Assembly: GCA_964016885.1 (NCBI GenBank)
Contig: OZ024742.1
Span: 26,784,001-26,848,000, forward strand
Direction: 5' to 3'
Length of the DNA stretch: 64,000 nucleotides
From: Eledone cirrhosa
Lineage: Eukaryota
Of the stretch, positions 28,337-42,139 are shown piece by piece. Every line of letters begins with the position of its first letter. Within the stretch, counting starts at the first letter, position 1. The notes beneath the pieces were generated by a model. It searched no databases. It had not been told where the DNA came from and saw nothing but the letters and a program-made list of their open reading frames with translations. A program made the translations under genes and the position numbers.

Positions 28337-30159
28337 ACAAATATGTATATATATGTACCTCTATGTGTGTTTACGTATGTGTATATAAATATATATAGTT
28401 TCATAAATATAAATATGTGTGTGTATATAGTTATATATGGATATTTTCTACCATCATCAGTCTTCGACTACTTTAGACAGACTGTTAAATATTTAATCAC
28501 CTTTCCAAATTATATTTAGTTTTATACGTATCAGATATTTGCTCTCTTGTTATAATTCAATATTGTTTAAGATATATTCCATTATTACTGAACTCCTGCT
28601 TTCCTTGAGTGAAATTCCATATAAAATCTATCACGTATTGGAACGAAAATTTAAAAATATGCATCTTAAAATAGAATTTAAAGAATAAACTATGCAAGAG
28701 ATTGAAAACATCCAATTTTCTATAAATATTCTGTGTTATTCTGGAATGGTCCTTTTACGAGACGGTTTGTCTTTACATTGAATGGATAAAAAACTTGATA
28801 AATTGTTCTAATTTGTATTATCTGACTATAGTAGTGGTATATTTAAGGACGTCCTAAACAGCTTTATACATGATAATATGAAATACTTAGTAGTGGAATC
28901 ATGGAGGGAGAAAGATATCATGTTATTTGATATCTTGAAATAATATATTGGAAGAGAAATGGCGTTTGGGAATGTAATAGCTGAAGTAAAATGATATTTG
29001 GGGGGAAAATAACGTAGAGTATGAATTAACTGGTAAATTGTTTGACAAGAGACTAACATTTAAATATCATCTAGAAACCTGTTTACTTTTAAAACATAAT
29101 AATGCATTTAATACTTCTTTCTCTAATATCAGGTATACTTAATGGCTGGGTCATCAACATGAATCATATTCGTATGCTTTAAAATAGCAGACATTTGATA
29201 AAAGAAGGAAAAATAAAAATACACACTCTTTAAGGAGGAAATATATTGTAAATAATCAGAGAAGCGAGACTGTTTAGAAGGTTTTGAGTTTCGTATTGGC
29301 ACCAACTTCACAGAAATTCTCATGGGTCTATAACTAATATGAGATTCTAAACTTCTGTATTGCCAACGTGTTCACACAACTTTGTCTTATATTTATCGTG
29401 TTGGTTAAAGTCAAAGAAGAATAAATAATATAAAAACGAGCTATGTGAATTTAATATTTTCACTTGGAAGTTTTTATGAGGTAGATAGATTAGTTATGTC
29501 TATCTTGGCAGTGAAAGTGTCTATATAATTGCAGTTTGTTCGCAAACCTGCATACGGACAAATCGTTTAGTGATGGACCAACTGCCTGAGTTTATATATT
29601 GAAAATCTACTAATCAAAGAGTCAGTAGTTCACTTCGTGTACTGTCAAATGCAGGCACATTATATTCCTGGAGAATTTATTTTCTGCGTTCTAACTAATT
29701 TTACATACAGAGCTGTATGTAGGTATTCCATATTAGATACAATTCAAATGTTTTTTAAAATTGTTTATAACAATTTAATATATCACCAACTGTGAACCGG
29801 TACAGGCTGTTTAGAGTGATATAGCTAAGATATACATCACGAATAGAGAGTTTATAATTATTGCTCTTGGCACTGACAATAAATGACAATACTGAAGTAA
29901 GTGCCAGTAGTTGTTACGAAGAACAAAACAAACATGTAATCAGAATATACTGATATAGATTTGTCATCAATTATATCTTACTGTAACTAGATCTTAATTA
30001 CCCCACCTGTGTCAAATATCTACACCAGGTGGATAACAATATTTTAACCATAGTAGAAACAATTATTTAAAAGTGGAAACAAAACCATATCTATACTCGA
30101 TCATCTTTGTAGCCATGCCTGTTTCATGTCAGATTATTTGTCTGTCACTAAGTCTCCTG

Positions 30160-30303
30160 AGACATAGAATGTCAGATAGAGTACTTAGTATTATTCAGTC
30201 CACATCTCTGCTCTCTGAGTTCAAATACAGCCGAGGTCAACTTTTCATTTCATCCTTTCCAGGTCGATAAAAAAAGTACCAGTGTAGTACTGGGGTCGAT
30301 TCT
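30160..30303 (+). mobile_element. tRNA-SINE
   Basis: ctgagttcaaatacagccgaggtcaacttttcatttcatcctttcc..gtcgataa. Confidence 0.7.
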
Positions 30304-30854
30304 TCCTCTATATCTCTTTCTCATTTTTTCTCTCTCGCTATCTATCTTGCTCTGGAAGAAATATGCTGTACTCAGGCCTGGAGAGGGTTTGACAACTACG
30401 GTGCCCCTAGGACACTGTCAGGGGTTGCGGGACTATAACAAATCTCCCGAATTACTTATCTTGCAGTGTACGATTGGGAAAGTGTGAATTAAAAGAAGAA
30501 AATGCTGATGAATCTATTCATTATCCATCAGAAAATATGTCGAAAGCCGTCCTAATATAATTCTTTAATAGATGTTTTTAAAAGAAAATATAGATTAAAA
30601 AAATATCTGTCTGTTACTTTCCTTGTAGTTAGGCTCCAATTCCCTTCATAACACCTCGCATGGTCTCTCATTTCTTTTTCTCTTTTTTTTTTTATTTTTT
30701 GTTAATAGAACAATAAATAGGTTAAACATACAGAAACAAAAGCAGTATTGGAAAGAAATAATGTCATAAATGAGAGGAAAAGGAGAGTTAGAGCAAGGAT
30801 TCCTATACGAAGCAAAAAAGAAAGGGGTATAGGAGAGGATGACAGGTAATACCG

Positions 30855-31125
30855 GTGTTTCGGCTGCGCCCCGTGGGCAATATAGCGATATCCGTTGCAA
30901 CAGCCACCCAGATTCGCGGGGTTCCTACCTCAGACGGACTGCTATTGTTCCGATTTTACGGAGGAGGTCAGCTCTCTGAGGTGTGAAGACGCCTGAGATC
31001 TCGAAGGCGAACGGTACAAGAACTGGTGGCTGGACAAGCTCCGGTATTGGCTTATCTTCCTGTCTTTTGCCTTGCGAGCCTTGGTACCGGGGTTTGCGGC
31101 CGAGGCGACTAAGTTGGATACAGAG
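30855..31125 (-). mobile_element. CRE-like (restriction-like endonuclease) non-LTR retrotransposon C-terminal fragment
   Basis: SNLVASAANPGTKARKAKDRKISQYRSL...LQRISL..RGAA resembles the A..AE..K..KY / LFQRISIAVQRGNA motifs. It is a GC-rich island. Confidence 0.65.
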
Positions 31126-34100
31126 AAGAAATAGAGCACTAAATATAACAGACAGTATCTAGCATAGTCCATGGCAAATAGTGAATGCAACATATTACAG
31201 CGAATATAATTCAATTAAGTCTGTCTAAAATAATATGTCTAGGATTGCTCTCATGACTAAAGTAAATGAGCGTTGTAAATATACTTTACATTCATCAAGA
31301 AATATGGTATTGTCTCGTTCTTCTGTGCCTATGTTTGACTCTCACGTCTGTGCGTGATGTTCCAGCGAGTTACATCGAAGTATCATATGCAATACTCAAA
31401 GTAATGGTGGAAAGGTTAAGTATTTTGATATATGTCAATCAGGACTAAATCAATTATTTTCCCTTTTAGCAAAATTTTGAATGCTCTTTCGTTTTTTTTT
31501 TGTTTTTTATTATCCTTGATGGATAGTTCATCAATCGAGTTAAAAGGTAGAACCATCAAAAACACACACAAAAAGAAAGGAAAATAAAAGTAGTGAAATG
31601 TTGATTATGTCAACCAAATAAATTATTATATAAATATTTGTTTTCGTTTCGTGACTAGATCTGTCGATAAATGAAAGAATATGAAATTGAATCAATCAAT
31701 GAGATCAATTTCTCTTATAGACAATGCTGAAGGAATATCATAAAGATTGCGATGAAGTTCAGAACTTCTATGAATAATACAGACTAAATGTAAACAAAAA
31801 TTGTCAAATCACACACAACACGTAATAGATTTAATTCATTCCTTGATAGTGTGTATCTTTTAAAATATTTCTCTACAGAGCTCAACTTTTGAAACGACTT
31901 CTTCAACTCATGTTTTAATAAACGAAAACACTATGTTCATCTAATTTCTATTTAGATTGTTGGGTAAAATAAAACTAAGATTTCCGATACTCCTTCCCCA
32001 TTAATCACAGGTAAACGAATCAAAACTTCATACGAGTAATAATTATCTAATTAGCATGTAATGATTATTAGGTTTACAACACCATATATATTTCTATAAG
32101 ATCAGTGTCCAAGAATATTTCTGTTACACAAGTAGGCAAAAGGAAAGTTCTTTCAATCGGAAAATTTACAACATGTTCTAATGGTAATAATTGCATGGTC
32201 CACTCTACTCCATTATGTGACATTTGAGTGAAGTTACTGGAGGTCAACTTCCGGCTAGCATTCAATAGACATTCCTGATTTAAGGATACTATACTCCCTT
32301 CTTATTACTAGAGGCTCTAAAATGGGAATATGCACTGTTCTTTCTCGGGGATACATACATTCTCAGTGTTGTTATTGGAATAATATAAAAGCAACAGAAA
32401 TTCAAACCGAAAGTGAGCAATATTTCGCTGGTATACGTCGTGTTTTTATGTCCTTTTAAAATACTCTCTCAAAATTATACACATTCTGTACAGATTTGCA
32501 ACACCTATCTAAATCACTGGGCCTTTAGTTCGCCTATTATTCGGATCTATTTCCCTCCTATCCCTACATTTTCTCTCTACATCCAGCCTGTTATTCATAG
32601 GCTTTTACACCCAACTTTATTAAACACTACACCTCCGTAGTGAGATGTTTTACGCCAGAACTTCAAACCTCTAAAATCCCAAACGGGGAGTACCATGAAA
32701 AAGAGTGTCCCAAAACGAGGAGAAATGATGCAAAATTGAGAGATTTTACATAATGAAAGATATATCCATTTACACAAGAGAAGACATCTCTCACCCACCC
32801 CTAAGTAGGACGGCGAGGGTTGACAGCTCTGTTACGCATATATTCGTAGTAAAGTAATTAACTAAATTTGGTAGTTTTTTAAATAGATTCTTTCTTCCAG
32901 TACCATGGAATAATTTGACTGCAATATTGTTCAAAATCTAATAACCCCTTTTTCGAATCAAAAAGTGTGTCGAAGATGCCTCACATTCTTCTTTAATTCT
33001 GGGTAACAGTTATGCCAGACAATTTGATCAAGATCACACTGTGATAGTGCCTATCTTATGCAATGCAACTTGTTTTGCCATGCAATTTTCATTAATAAAC
33101 AGTGATTAGATAGATTTCATCTATATATTCTACTTTATGACTTCAAGAGAAAGTAATAATTCAAAGGCGAAGAAAGAGGCAATGACCAGGAACTAGAATT
33201 TATATGACCTGAGTTTGTAAGGTCATATCATTTAATGTGCTGTGACATATGCTGTCACTGTTCACAGTAACTACATACTTGATCACGACATCTTAAATCT
33301 GTGTGGGGCATTGAACAAACATCTTTTATAGTCTCCATGCTTAGAAACTCTGACCCATGTTGTGGAAAATATAACGTTAGCCCCTTCTCGTCTATTAGCT
33401 ATGCCCAAAAATATTCATATTTCCGGTTGGAAGAATCAGCAAATTGCTGTATTTATTCCGTTTAATAATGTATTTTCATTTCATATTTTTTATACCGCAG
33501 CAAAATTTTATTTAATAATATATGTTCCACGTTTTTAAAAATAAATTTTAAATGGAAATTTGATGCTTTACTCTGCATGAATTAGTGTAAGTACAGGCAT
33601 TAATATATGAACATGTGCTGTTTAAATACATTGGCTTATAGTGTCTCTTAGACCGAGGTTGGTTTCCTCTTCTGGTGTTACTTCGCAAACGAGAGACAAC
33701 TATTATACGTCATTTATCATTACTGATTCTGAAACGCATATTTTCTATATACCCTTTCTTAAAAAGATATATTGGAAGACTATTCGACTGCTATTTTTAG
33801 CAGCTGAGGCGAATTCTTAAAGGTAACATGCTAGTTTAATGTAATTCAGTGTATATACGTCAGGTATAATCCAACGCATATTTTAGTGTATGCATCCTGA
33901 TATTTTTTATATTCATAGAGAGTTGGTGAGGTCTTTCTATGTGCAATCATTATTTGCCCGGAAGGGCTGGTAAGTACGAGTACGTTGGTGGTAATATTTT
34001 GCCCTCTGTCTTCAATTCTTAGAGTTTTCTCAATCCAATTATTCATTAGAGAACATCATAAGCCTCTGTTATGGCCAGCGTTTCCATAAAATTAGTCGAT

Positions 34101-34464
34101 CTTAGTTTAGCGAGTAGTATACGTTTCAAACCACTCGTCTCGTCTCTCCCCCAGTGCCATATATTTTTCTCAGAAGGGGTTAGTCAATCCATATTTTCAA
34201 TTACTAGCGTCTCCCTCTCTCGTAAAACATGGAACCTCTCGTATATGGTTACACTTAATTCAAATTCAGTAAACCCATGATGACATGCGTTCCAAATGTG
34301 ACCTTCTCAGAAGTTCTAAAAATAGCAGGTCGTGGTTTGAGAAAAGTTAATCTCTATTTCCACGAGGTTCTCTAGGTGGTATTATCATGTTACCTTTCAC
34401 ATTAAGTAACTGGTTATTCCAGATGTGTACGTATTATGGTTAATTACTGATGTCACATATACCT

Positions 34465-34745
34465 AATGGCGTGTTGGACTTACGAGCATAATGACGTGAG
34501 TTCGATTCCTGGACAGGGGTTGTGTGTTGTGTTATTGAGCAAAACATTTCATTTCACATTGCTTCAGTATGCTGAGATGAAGTGATTACCAGCAATACCT
34601 GGGGGGTTTAACCCTGTGATGAACTGGTGTCCTGTCCATGGGGGAGTATTGTACTCTTAGTCGCTTAACGCCATTGAAACCACCGGGATAAGCACGGGTC
34701 TGACGAACCTCCGGGATCTAGACAGGCTTTATACTTTTTAGATTG
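34465..34745 (+). mobile_element. tRNA-SINE
   Basis: gagttcgattcctgg (B box) ... ttgagcaaaacatttcatttcacattgct. Confidence 0.7.
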
Positions 34746-34959
34746 AGGTCACACAGATTATTATGTTTATGGTCTTGCCCTTAACTCCTTGCCTGGAAAT
34801 ATATATTTCGCCTAATCATGGTGGTATGTTCAATGTTCAGCCGTTCATCATTACAATAATAGTCATACCATGTATATGGAACTTCAGTCAACATGCTAGT
34901 AAGATCAACCATTTCTGTTCATATTGCATCGCTTGTTTTACCTCAAGCGGCTAGATTTC

Positions 34960-35090
34960 GAGTACCTTTATCCGATGAAAGGCAAAGCAAACCTCGATCG
35001 GGGTTTAAACTCAGAACGTAAAAATCCGTAACTATATGCCACAAAGCATGTTTGCTAGTGTTCTATCAATACTACGAATACACCAACCTT
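34960..35090 (-). mobile_element. tRNA-SINE fragment
   Basis: gatgaaaggcaaagcaaacctcg..tttaaactcagaacgtaa. Confidence 0.6.
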
Positions 35091-35655
35091 GGTTCTATGA
35101 AATAATACAACTTATTTTAATGAGTTCCTTCTTAATTTAAACCCTCGCAACATAATTATATAAACGATCATGTTAATTTACTACCTTAATAATGAAATAG
35201 TAATTCTAATAAATCCCTCAGCATTCTTCATTAATTAATATTCCGGCGATATATAAGTACAGTAGATATATAGGTAGATACGGAGAATTACATATGTGTG
35301 TGTAACTGTGTGTAACTGTGTGGAATTGTGTGTGTGTGTGTTTGTAAATCATTCGTACATTTTGGAGTTTCCAATGCACGTGTTTCCATTCGTATTCAGA
35401 TATTCATAGGATAGACACATTCCCTGTGTCAATGAAACTCCGAATAGTGTCCATGGTAATCATTGATTGCGATACAACATAACGAAAGATGTTCTTTTCT
35501 CATATCTAAAAATTGACAACTTAAAGTTTGTTAAATTAACAGCTAGTAATCTCTCTCTCTCACCATACTCTCTCCCTTCCACCTCACTCCCGCTATTTCT
35601 CCCTCTCCTTCGCCCTCTATCTCTTACACCCTCTCTCTTGCTCACACACACGCAC

Positions 35656-35927
<272 letters not shown>

Positions 35928-36311
35928 ATATATATATATATATATAACGTTCCTATATATATATATATATATATACAAATAGTTTATATATACAAATAGT
36001 TTATCGCTTTACATAGCTCTATACATAAATGTAATCTGAGTTCTGTTTACATGCCAACACAAGAGCAATAACGATGGACTCAATCTAATGACATGGCTTA
36101 AACAGGCTGTTTGTATAATTGCAAACGAATCGAATATTATTATCAATATTCGAAAATCTCATATTACATTTATATATATATATATGTATTTATATGTGTA
36201 TATGTATGTGTCTCTATATGTATGCGTGTGTGTATGTGTATGCGTATTTATATGGTGTGTGTATGTATATGTATGTGTATGTATGTGTTTATGTATATGT
36301 GTATGTATATG

Positions 36312-36362
<51 letters not shown>

Positions 36363-37020
36363 GTATGTATATCGATGTATATTTTATATTTTACTTGTTT
36401 ATATATATATATATATATATTTTCTTGATATATTTCTTTTTTCTTTTTCTTTTCTTTTTATTTCTAAATTTATAGATACATTTATAAATAGGCAGTCTGC
36501 TGACACCGGTGAATACTGATCTCTCCCCCCCCCCCCACCTACTTTCTGTATCTGGATCTAAATATGTGTGGCAGTGTTTATGTGCGCGCATTAATGTCCA
36601 TATGCTTATGATAATAGTATATACACATATATATGTGTGTGGGGGTGTGTGTGTGTATGTATGTTCGTGGTTGTGTGTATGTTTATGCGTATACGCGCGT
36701 GTGTGTGTGAATGTACGTATATGTGTGAGTATATGAATGTGTGTGTATATTTGTTTTTATATTTATATGTGTATACGTATTTTATCTGTAGATTATAAGC
36801 ATACAGAGACATTAGCCTTGAATTTTTGTATTTACATACATCTTTTTGGCATGCGTATGCATGTGAACATATATCTTTATGCATATCTGTGAACGAAGTT
36901 AATTACATATATACACACACCTAACTGTATAAACTTTTTGTACTTTCATTGGTCAATTTGAACTCTGTTCCCAAACAGACCTGTAATTTTGAATTGTTGT
37001 TATTATCAATAAATATATTT

Positions 37021-37170
37021 CATTATTTCTGAAGACGGCATATATATGTGTTGGTATGTATATTTAATTTTGATAGTTTGTATAATTTTGTATAATTTTG
37101 TATATAGATCTGTTGAATATGCATGCCAATTCTAACACATATATATCCTAGAAACGATCGTTAAATAATG
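37021..37170 (+). ncRNA. Type I hammerhead ribozyme with ~115-nt extended stem II
   Basis: cattattt CTGAAGA c ggcatatatatgtgttgg...ctaacacatatatatcc ta GAAA cgatcg TT aaataatg. Perfect 8-bp stem I and ACGATCGT palindrome. Confidence 0.85.
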
Positions 37171-37232
37171 AACTTTTTTTGTTTAATATAAGGAACTGTT
37201 TCATTGTTTTATTCATTATTTTTTTAATATTT

Positions 37233-37266
<34 letters not shown>

Positions 37267-37395
37267 TATATATACATAAATATATATACATATACATAGA
37301 TATATACATATATATATATATATATACATATATATACATATACATAGATATATATATACATAGATATATACATATATATATATATATATACATAG

Positions 37396-37437
<42 letters not shown>

Positions 37438-37439
<2 letters not shown>

Positions 37440-38091
37440 GAAAAATTTGAACAGGGACAAGACAGACAGGCAGTACAACAAATGTTTATTAAATTCACGC
37501 TCTGGAGAGTGGGGTGTAGGTGGGGGACGACGTTTCGGGCATAAGCCCTTCCTCAGGTGAGAAGTGTGTGGGAACAGAGTTCAAAGGGTGTGTAGGGGAG
37601 TGGTGGAGAGACATATAGCGAAAGGAAACAGTGCGAATGAAAAATTACAAGTAAAGATAAAAATAAAAATAAAAATAAAGCATGATCAAAATACAAGGAA
37701 TGAGATAAATTTAAAAATAAAGGCATGATCAAAATAAACTGAATTAAAAGGGGGGTAAACAGGTGGTGGAAGGGTGTGGGGTGTGTAGGGGTGGTGGCGG
37801 GTGGAGTGAGGAGAGGGAGACGGCGTGTCCGAGCGGGGAGGGCTGAAGGTGGTGTGTGTGTGTAGGTGTGCGTGTGTGTGTGTGTGTATGTGAAAGTAAG
37901 GGTTGGGGGAAGAACGGGGTTGCATGTTCAGGAAGAGGTGTGTGTGTGTGTGTGGGGGGGTCGGAGTGTCTGTGCGTGTGTGGATAGAGGGTTGGGGGGA
38001 GAGGAATCAGGAGGCTGAGGGTGTAAATATGTGGTGGAAGGCACGTGTGTGTGGGGTTTAAGCGTGTTGTGGGTGTGGGTGGAGTGTGGAA
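37438..38091 (-). mobile_element. Family E PLE-like 3' end with minimal HHR (37527-37560) and AATAAA, in (TA)n
   Basis: Minus strand: ac CTGAGGA a gggc ttat gccc GAAA cg TC gt. Second copy at 63015-63535. Confidence 0.8.
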
Positions 38092-38126
38092 TATATATAT
38101 ATATATATATAAATATATATATATAT

Positions 38127-38283
38127 AGCGGAGGAGGTGTGGTAATGAATCAGATGGACCATAACGCACCAGAGTACTCAATACTTAGGGTAGTAGAGTG
38201 GGTAATAGGAGATTGTTTGACCCCGACGGCAGAGCTCAAACCGTCGAAACTGCTTGAGCTCTGCCGTCGGGGTAAAACATTCT

Positions 38284-38287
<4 letters not shown>
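38127..38287. mobile_element. Family A fold-back copy
   Basis: Terminus plus inverted ttgagctctgccgtcggggt arm. Confidence 0.85.
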
Positions 38288-38333
<46 letters not shown>

Positions 38334-38413
38334 TATTAGATGCGGCTGAATAGTTCATAGGAGGACAAAAATTCTCTCATGAAATTACCAAATGAAGTTT
38401 ACTTTTTAGCATA

Positions 38414-38576
38414 AAGCGTTTCGCCACCGATCAGCTCAAGGTTTGATCTGTATCGATCTAGCCTGACTCTGTAATCCACGGGTGTAATCCACAGATCGAA
38501 CCTTGAGCTGATCGGTGGCGATACGCGCGTCACCAACCAATAAACGTAATGACGGAGTAACCACTCGTCCTTGTTT

Positions 38577-38580
<4 letters not shown>
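38414..38580. mobile_element. Short fold-back island with HHR 3' half (GA[A/T]A CGCGCG TC) and AATAAA
   Basis: 36-bp inverted arms. Shares ggtttgatc/gatcgaac with the HHR at 44777. Confidence 0.6.
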
Positions 38581-38621
<41 letters not shown>

Positions 38622-38679
38622 GACCGAGAAGGGGGGGGGGAGAGAGACACACACAGAGTATATATATATATATATATGC

Positions 38680-38725
<46 letters not shown>

Positions 38726-39484
38726 ATGTATGTATGTGTCTCTACATATATATGTGAATATGTATATATTCTACTGCGAGCTTTATTGCTTGATGGATAG
38801 ATAGATAAACATAAACAAAGACAGAGAGACAAACAGACATACAGACAGACACTAGTCACGTATTTAGGACGTGCATGTTAAGGGTTGAATAAGAACAAAG
38901 AGGGGACATGCATTGTAATCAGAATTTTTTTAGCTAAGATGGTGTGTCGTAAGAATTTGCCGAGTCGCACACACAAACACAGCATAACATACGTTAGGCT
39001 GCCTGTTGTAATGATGTATCGACTGCACTCGCTGTCTTTTAACAACAACACAACTGTACAATGTCCACTCTTTAATTCACAACTTCCTCATCTTCTCCGC
39101 TGCTTCCTCCTCCATTTCTCAAACCTCGCTATTTTCTTCCTCCCACCTTTTCCTCTTTATAAAACCTCCAGCCTTCTCATATCTTTGCTTGCGTTTCCAT
39201 TCTTTTATTTAATTCTTCATCATATTCCTTGCTTTCATTTGTTATGTAATTTTTCCACATCACCGTTTTCCAAGTAACTCCTTCTCTCTCCCTCTTACCT
39301 CTCTTCCTCTTACCTCTCTCTCTCTCTCTCTCTCTCCCTCCCTTTTTTTATCTCTCTTCATCCCTTCATCGATAACTTATGTCTTCTTTCTTTCTTTTTT
39401 TCATTCTCTCTAATATTCTCTTTCAAACGTTTCTTTTTCTTTGACTCTTACTCTCTCTTTTTCTCACACACACGTGTATCTACG

Positions 39485-39537
<53 letters not shown>

Positions 39538-39738
39538 TTCTTTTCTATTTCATGAACTGCCTACCACTTATAGTAATTATCTCAAATAATTGTTCTCTAT
39601 AATGAACGCACGCGCAGATAACAACTGCCAGAATAGAGTAGTATATTCAAATACTGGTTGGAGCACACACACATTATATACATATACGTGAAGGACGTGA
39701 GAAATAGTACTCAATATTGATATATATATATATATATA

Positions 39739-40006
39739 AGTGGAAGCTTAGTAAAATCGAAGCTTTGGCTGTGGCCAAGCAAAGTCGACCTACAATAGGA
39801 ATGAGTTAGCAAAGCACTCAATAAGGGTGGGTCCTTAGAGTAATAACATTACGCTTAGATAGCTTGACAACTTGAAAATTGTGGTAGGCGAAACCCAACC
39901 AGACAATACCAAATTAATGAAAGTGTTAGTTTTTTAACCTGTTAGTTCTTTCGCTACTTTGGTATTTGCCTACCGCAATGTTCAATTTGTCAAGCTATTT
40001 AAACGT
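39739..40006. mobile_element. Fold-back island in (TA)n, distantly similar to ~2817-3000
   Basis: tagcttgacaacttgaaaattgtggtaggc is inverted at 39968-39998. The motifs gaagct..ggccaagc..agcactca..agagt..aacatta are shared with 2838-2930. Confidence 0.55.
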
Positions 40007-40027
40007 GTGTGTATATATATATATATA

Positions 40028-40418
40028 ATCAAGCAAGTTGACGACTTCAAATACCTGGGTAGCTATCTCGCCTCCACAGAACATGATGTTAACTTCAGAC
40101 TGGGAAAAGCCTGGGGAGCATTGTATGCAATGGAAAAGTTATGGAAATCAAACCTGCCGGCCAAACTGAAAAGGAGTTTCTTCAGAGCTGCTATGGGGTC
40201 TGTGCTTGTTTATGGCTCTATCACTTGGACGCTAACGTCGAAACTGGAGAAAAAGCTAGACGGGGCATACACACGTATGCTCCGCGCTGCTTTAAACGTG
40301 TCTTGGGGGGAACACCCAACAAATAAGGATCTCTATGGCAATATACCACCTATCAGCAGGTCAATGCGTGGATAGAGACTCAGATTTGCTGGCCACTGTT
40401 GGCGCAGCAAGGAAGAAA
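40028..40418 (+). mobile_element. RTE-clade LINE RT C-terminal fragment
   Basis: VDDFKYLGS..RLGKAW..LVYGSITWTLT..LDGAYTRMLRAALNVSW..RLRFAGHCWR. Confidence 0.9.
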
Positions 40419-40590
40419 TTCTTCCAGAGTCAGTCCAGCGGACCTCGCTGAGCCCCAGGATGTTAATTTTGTAGGCCTCCATTTCTCCGATAACTTGCGC
40501 AAGTTTGGATGGTTGGTACATAGTTCTTATGTTCCAATATCCAATACGTGTGGTTGTTGTTGCAGACAGAATTCTGACAGTTATATATAT
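40415..40590 (-). mobile_element. RTE-clade apurinic-like endonuclease N-terminal fragment
   Basis: RIGYWNIRTMYQPSKLAQVIGEMEAYKINILGLSEVRWTDSGRI. Confidence 0.85.
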
Positions 40591-40684
40591 ACATGAATCG
40601 TGTAAGATATATATATATATATATGTGTGTGTGGGGATGTGTAATATTGTAATATAAACATATATATATATATATATATATATA

Positions 40685-40903
40685 TAGGAAAATATTCAGG
40701 ACCCCCACGGCAGAGCTCAAGCCGTTTCGACGGCTATTCAAGCTGTTTCGACTGCTATTTATGTGTCCAAAAATAGCAGTCGAAACGGCTTGAGCTCTGA
40801 CTTAGAGGTCCTGACTATTTTCATATTACCCTATATACTACCCAAAGTATCGAGTACTCTGGTGCGTTATGGTCCCCCTGCTTCCTTACCACGCTTCCTT
40901 CGT

Positions 40904-40904
<1 letters not shown>
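40685..40904. mobile_element. Family A fold-back copy
   Basis: Terminus cttccttcgtt at 40904, with a duplicated and inverted HHR 3' half. Confidence 0.85.
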
Positions 40905-40952
<48 letters not shown>

Positions 40953-41141
40953 CTGCGTGTGTGTGTGCATATATAGGGAGAGATGCTGTAAGTTATACGT
41001 TATGGCTAATGGCTGTTTGTACTTTGCGTTAGAATCTAATTCTGGGCAGCGTAGGACTTTTACCTTTCCTGATTGATAGATATATTAACAGTATCCGTGT
41101 TGATTCCTTCTATCGCTGCTCCGTTTCTGTCTCTCTCTCTG

Positions 41142-41206
<65 letters not shown>

Positions 41207-41376
41207 TTCTCTCTCCCTCTCTCTCTCTTGCTAACTCACTCTTTCTCTCCCTTTCACTTTCTTGGCGATATTGTCCGCGTTCTGGCCTTGAGAGTGATGG
41301 GCTCCACCAGGTTTAAACGTCCAAGTGATAATGCGGCCAACACAATTCCATCATGTGTAAAGGGTTATGGAGAAAT

Positions 41377-41413
<37 letters not shown>

Positions 41414-41417
<4 letters not shown>

Positions 41418-41710
41418 TATCCAGTGAAAGTCCGACCGATAAGGTTTGATTATCTTGGATATGTCTTTAATTATAAAACACAGCTTGTATTTTATCTGAT
41501 GAAAGCGCACCAATGTTCCCTTGGTTTCCCTTGAAATATATATAATATATTGTATAATAATATATATATATAATAAAATAAATATGTTTTATAAATATAG
41601 TTTCCATTTTTTTTATATCTTGGAATATTTACTTTACTTCAGTTGAGTGCTCTACATCAGTTATAAGCATTTATGTTTGTCGGAATTGCAACAAATTAAA
41701 TACAAATTCT
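41414..41710 (+). mobile_element. Family B-like element with HHR at ~41488-41550
   Basis: tattttat CTGATGA aagcgcaccaa..ttggtttccctt GAAA tatata TA, collinear with 7188-7390. Confidence 0.7.
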
Positions 41711-41729
41711 CTCTCTCTCTCCCTCTCTG

Positions 41730-41763
<34 letters not shown>

Positions 41764-41781
41764 AATATATATATATATATG

Positions 41782-41845
<64 letters not shown>

Positions 41846-41847
<2 letters not shown>

Positions 41848-42100
41848 CGGGGAGGGTCATTTTGTTGTAATAATATTGCCAGAATTAATAACAGAAGACA
41901 CACACTGTTTGGTTGGTTTTCGCTTCTGTATCTTTTATATCTCCACAGTTAATTCATTTCGTCCTCATTGTTTATCATTCACTGACCAACGGTCAAAAAT
42001 ACAGATATAATATAGATATAAACACATATATATATAGTCTAACAAAGGTCTTTGGTTGCACATCTGCAACATCATCAGTGGTACTATAATGTTCCCCTGT
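41846..42100 (-). mobile_element. Family G-related element with decayed HHR (42041-42082)
   Basis: Minus strand: acca CTGATGA t gttgca gatg tgcaac CAAA gacc TT tgtt. The terminus resembles 7686-7755 and 47481. Confidence 0.6.
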
Positions 42101-42139
42101 TGTATTGTATGCATGTATATGTATATATGTATATATATA

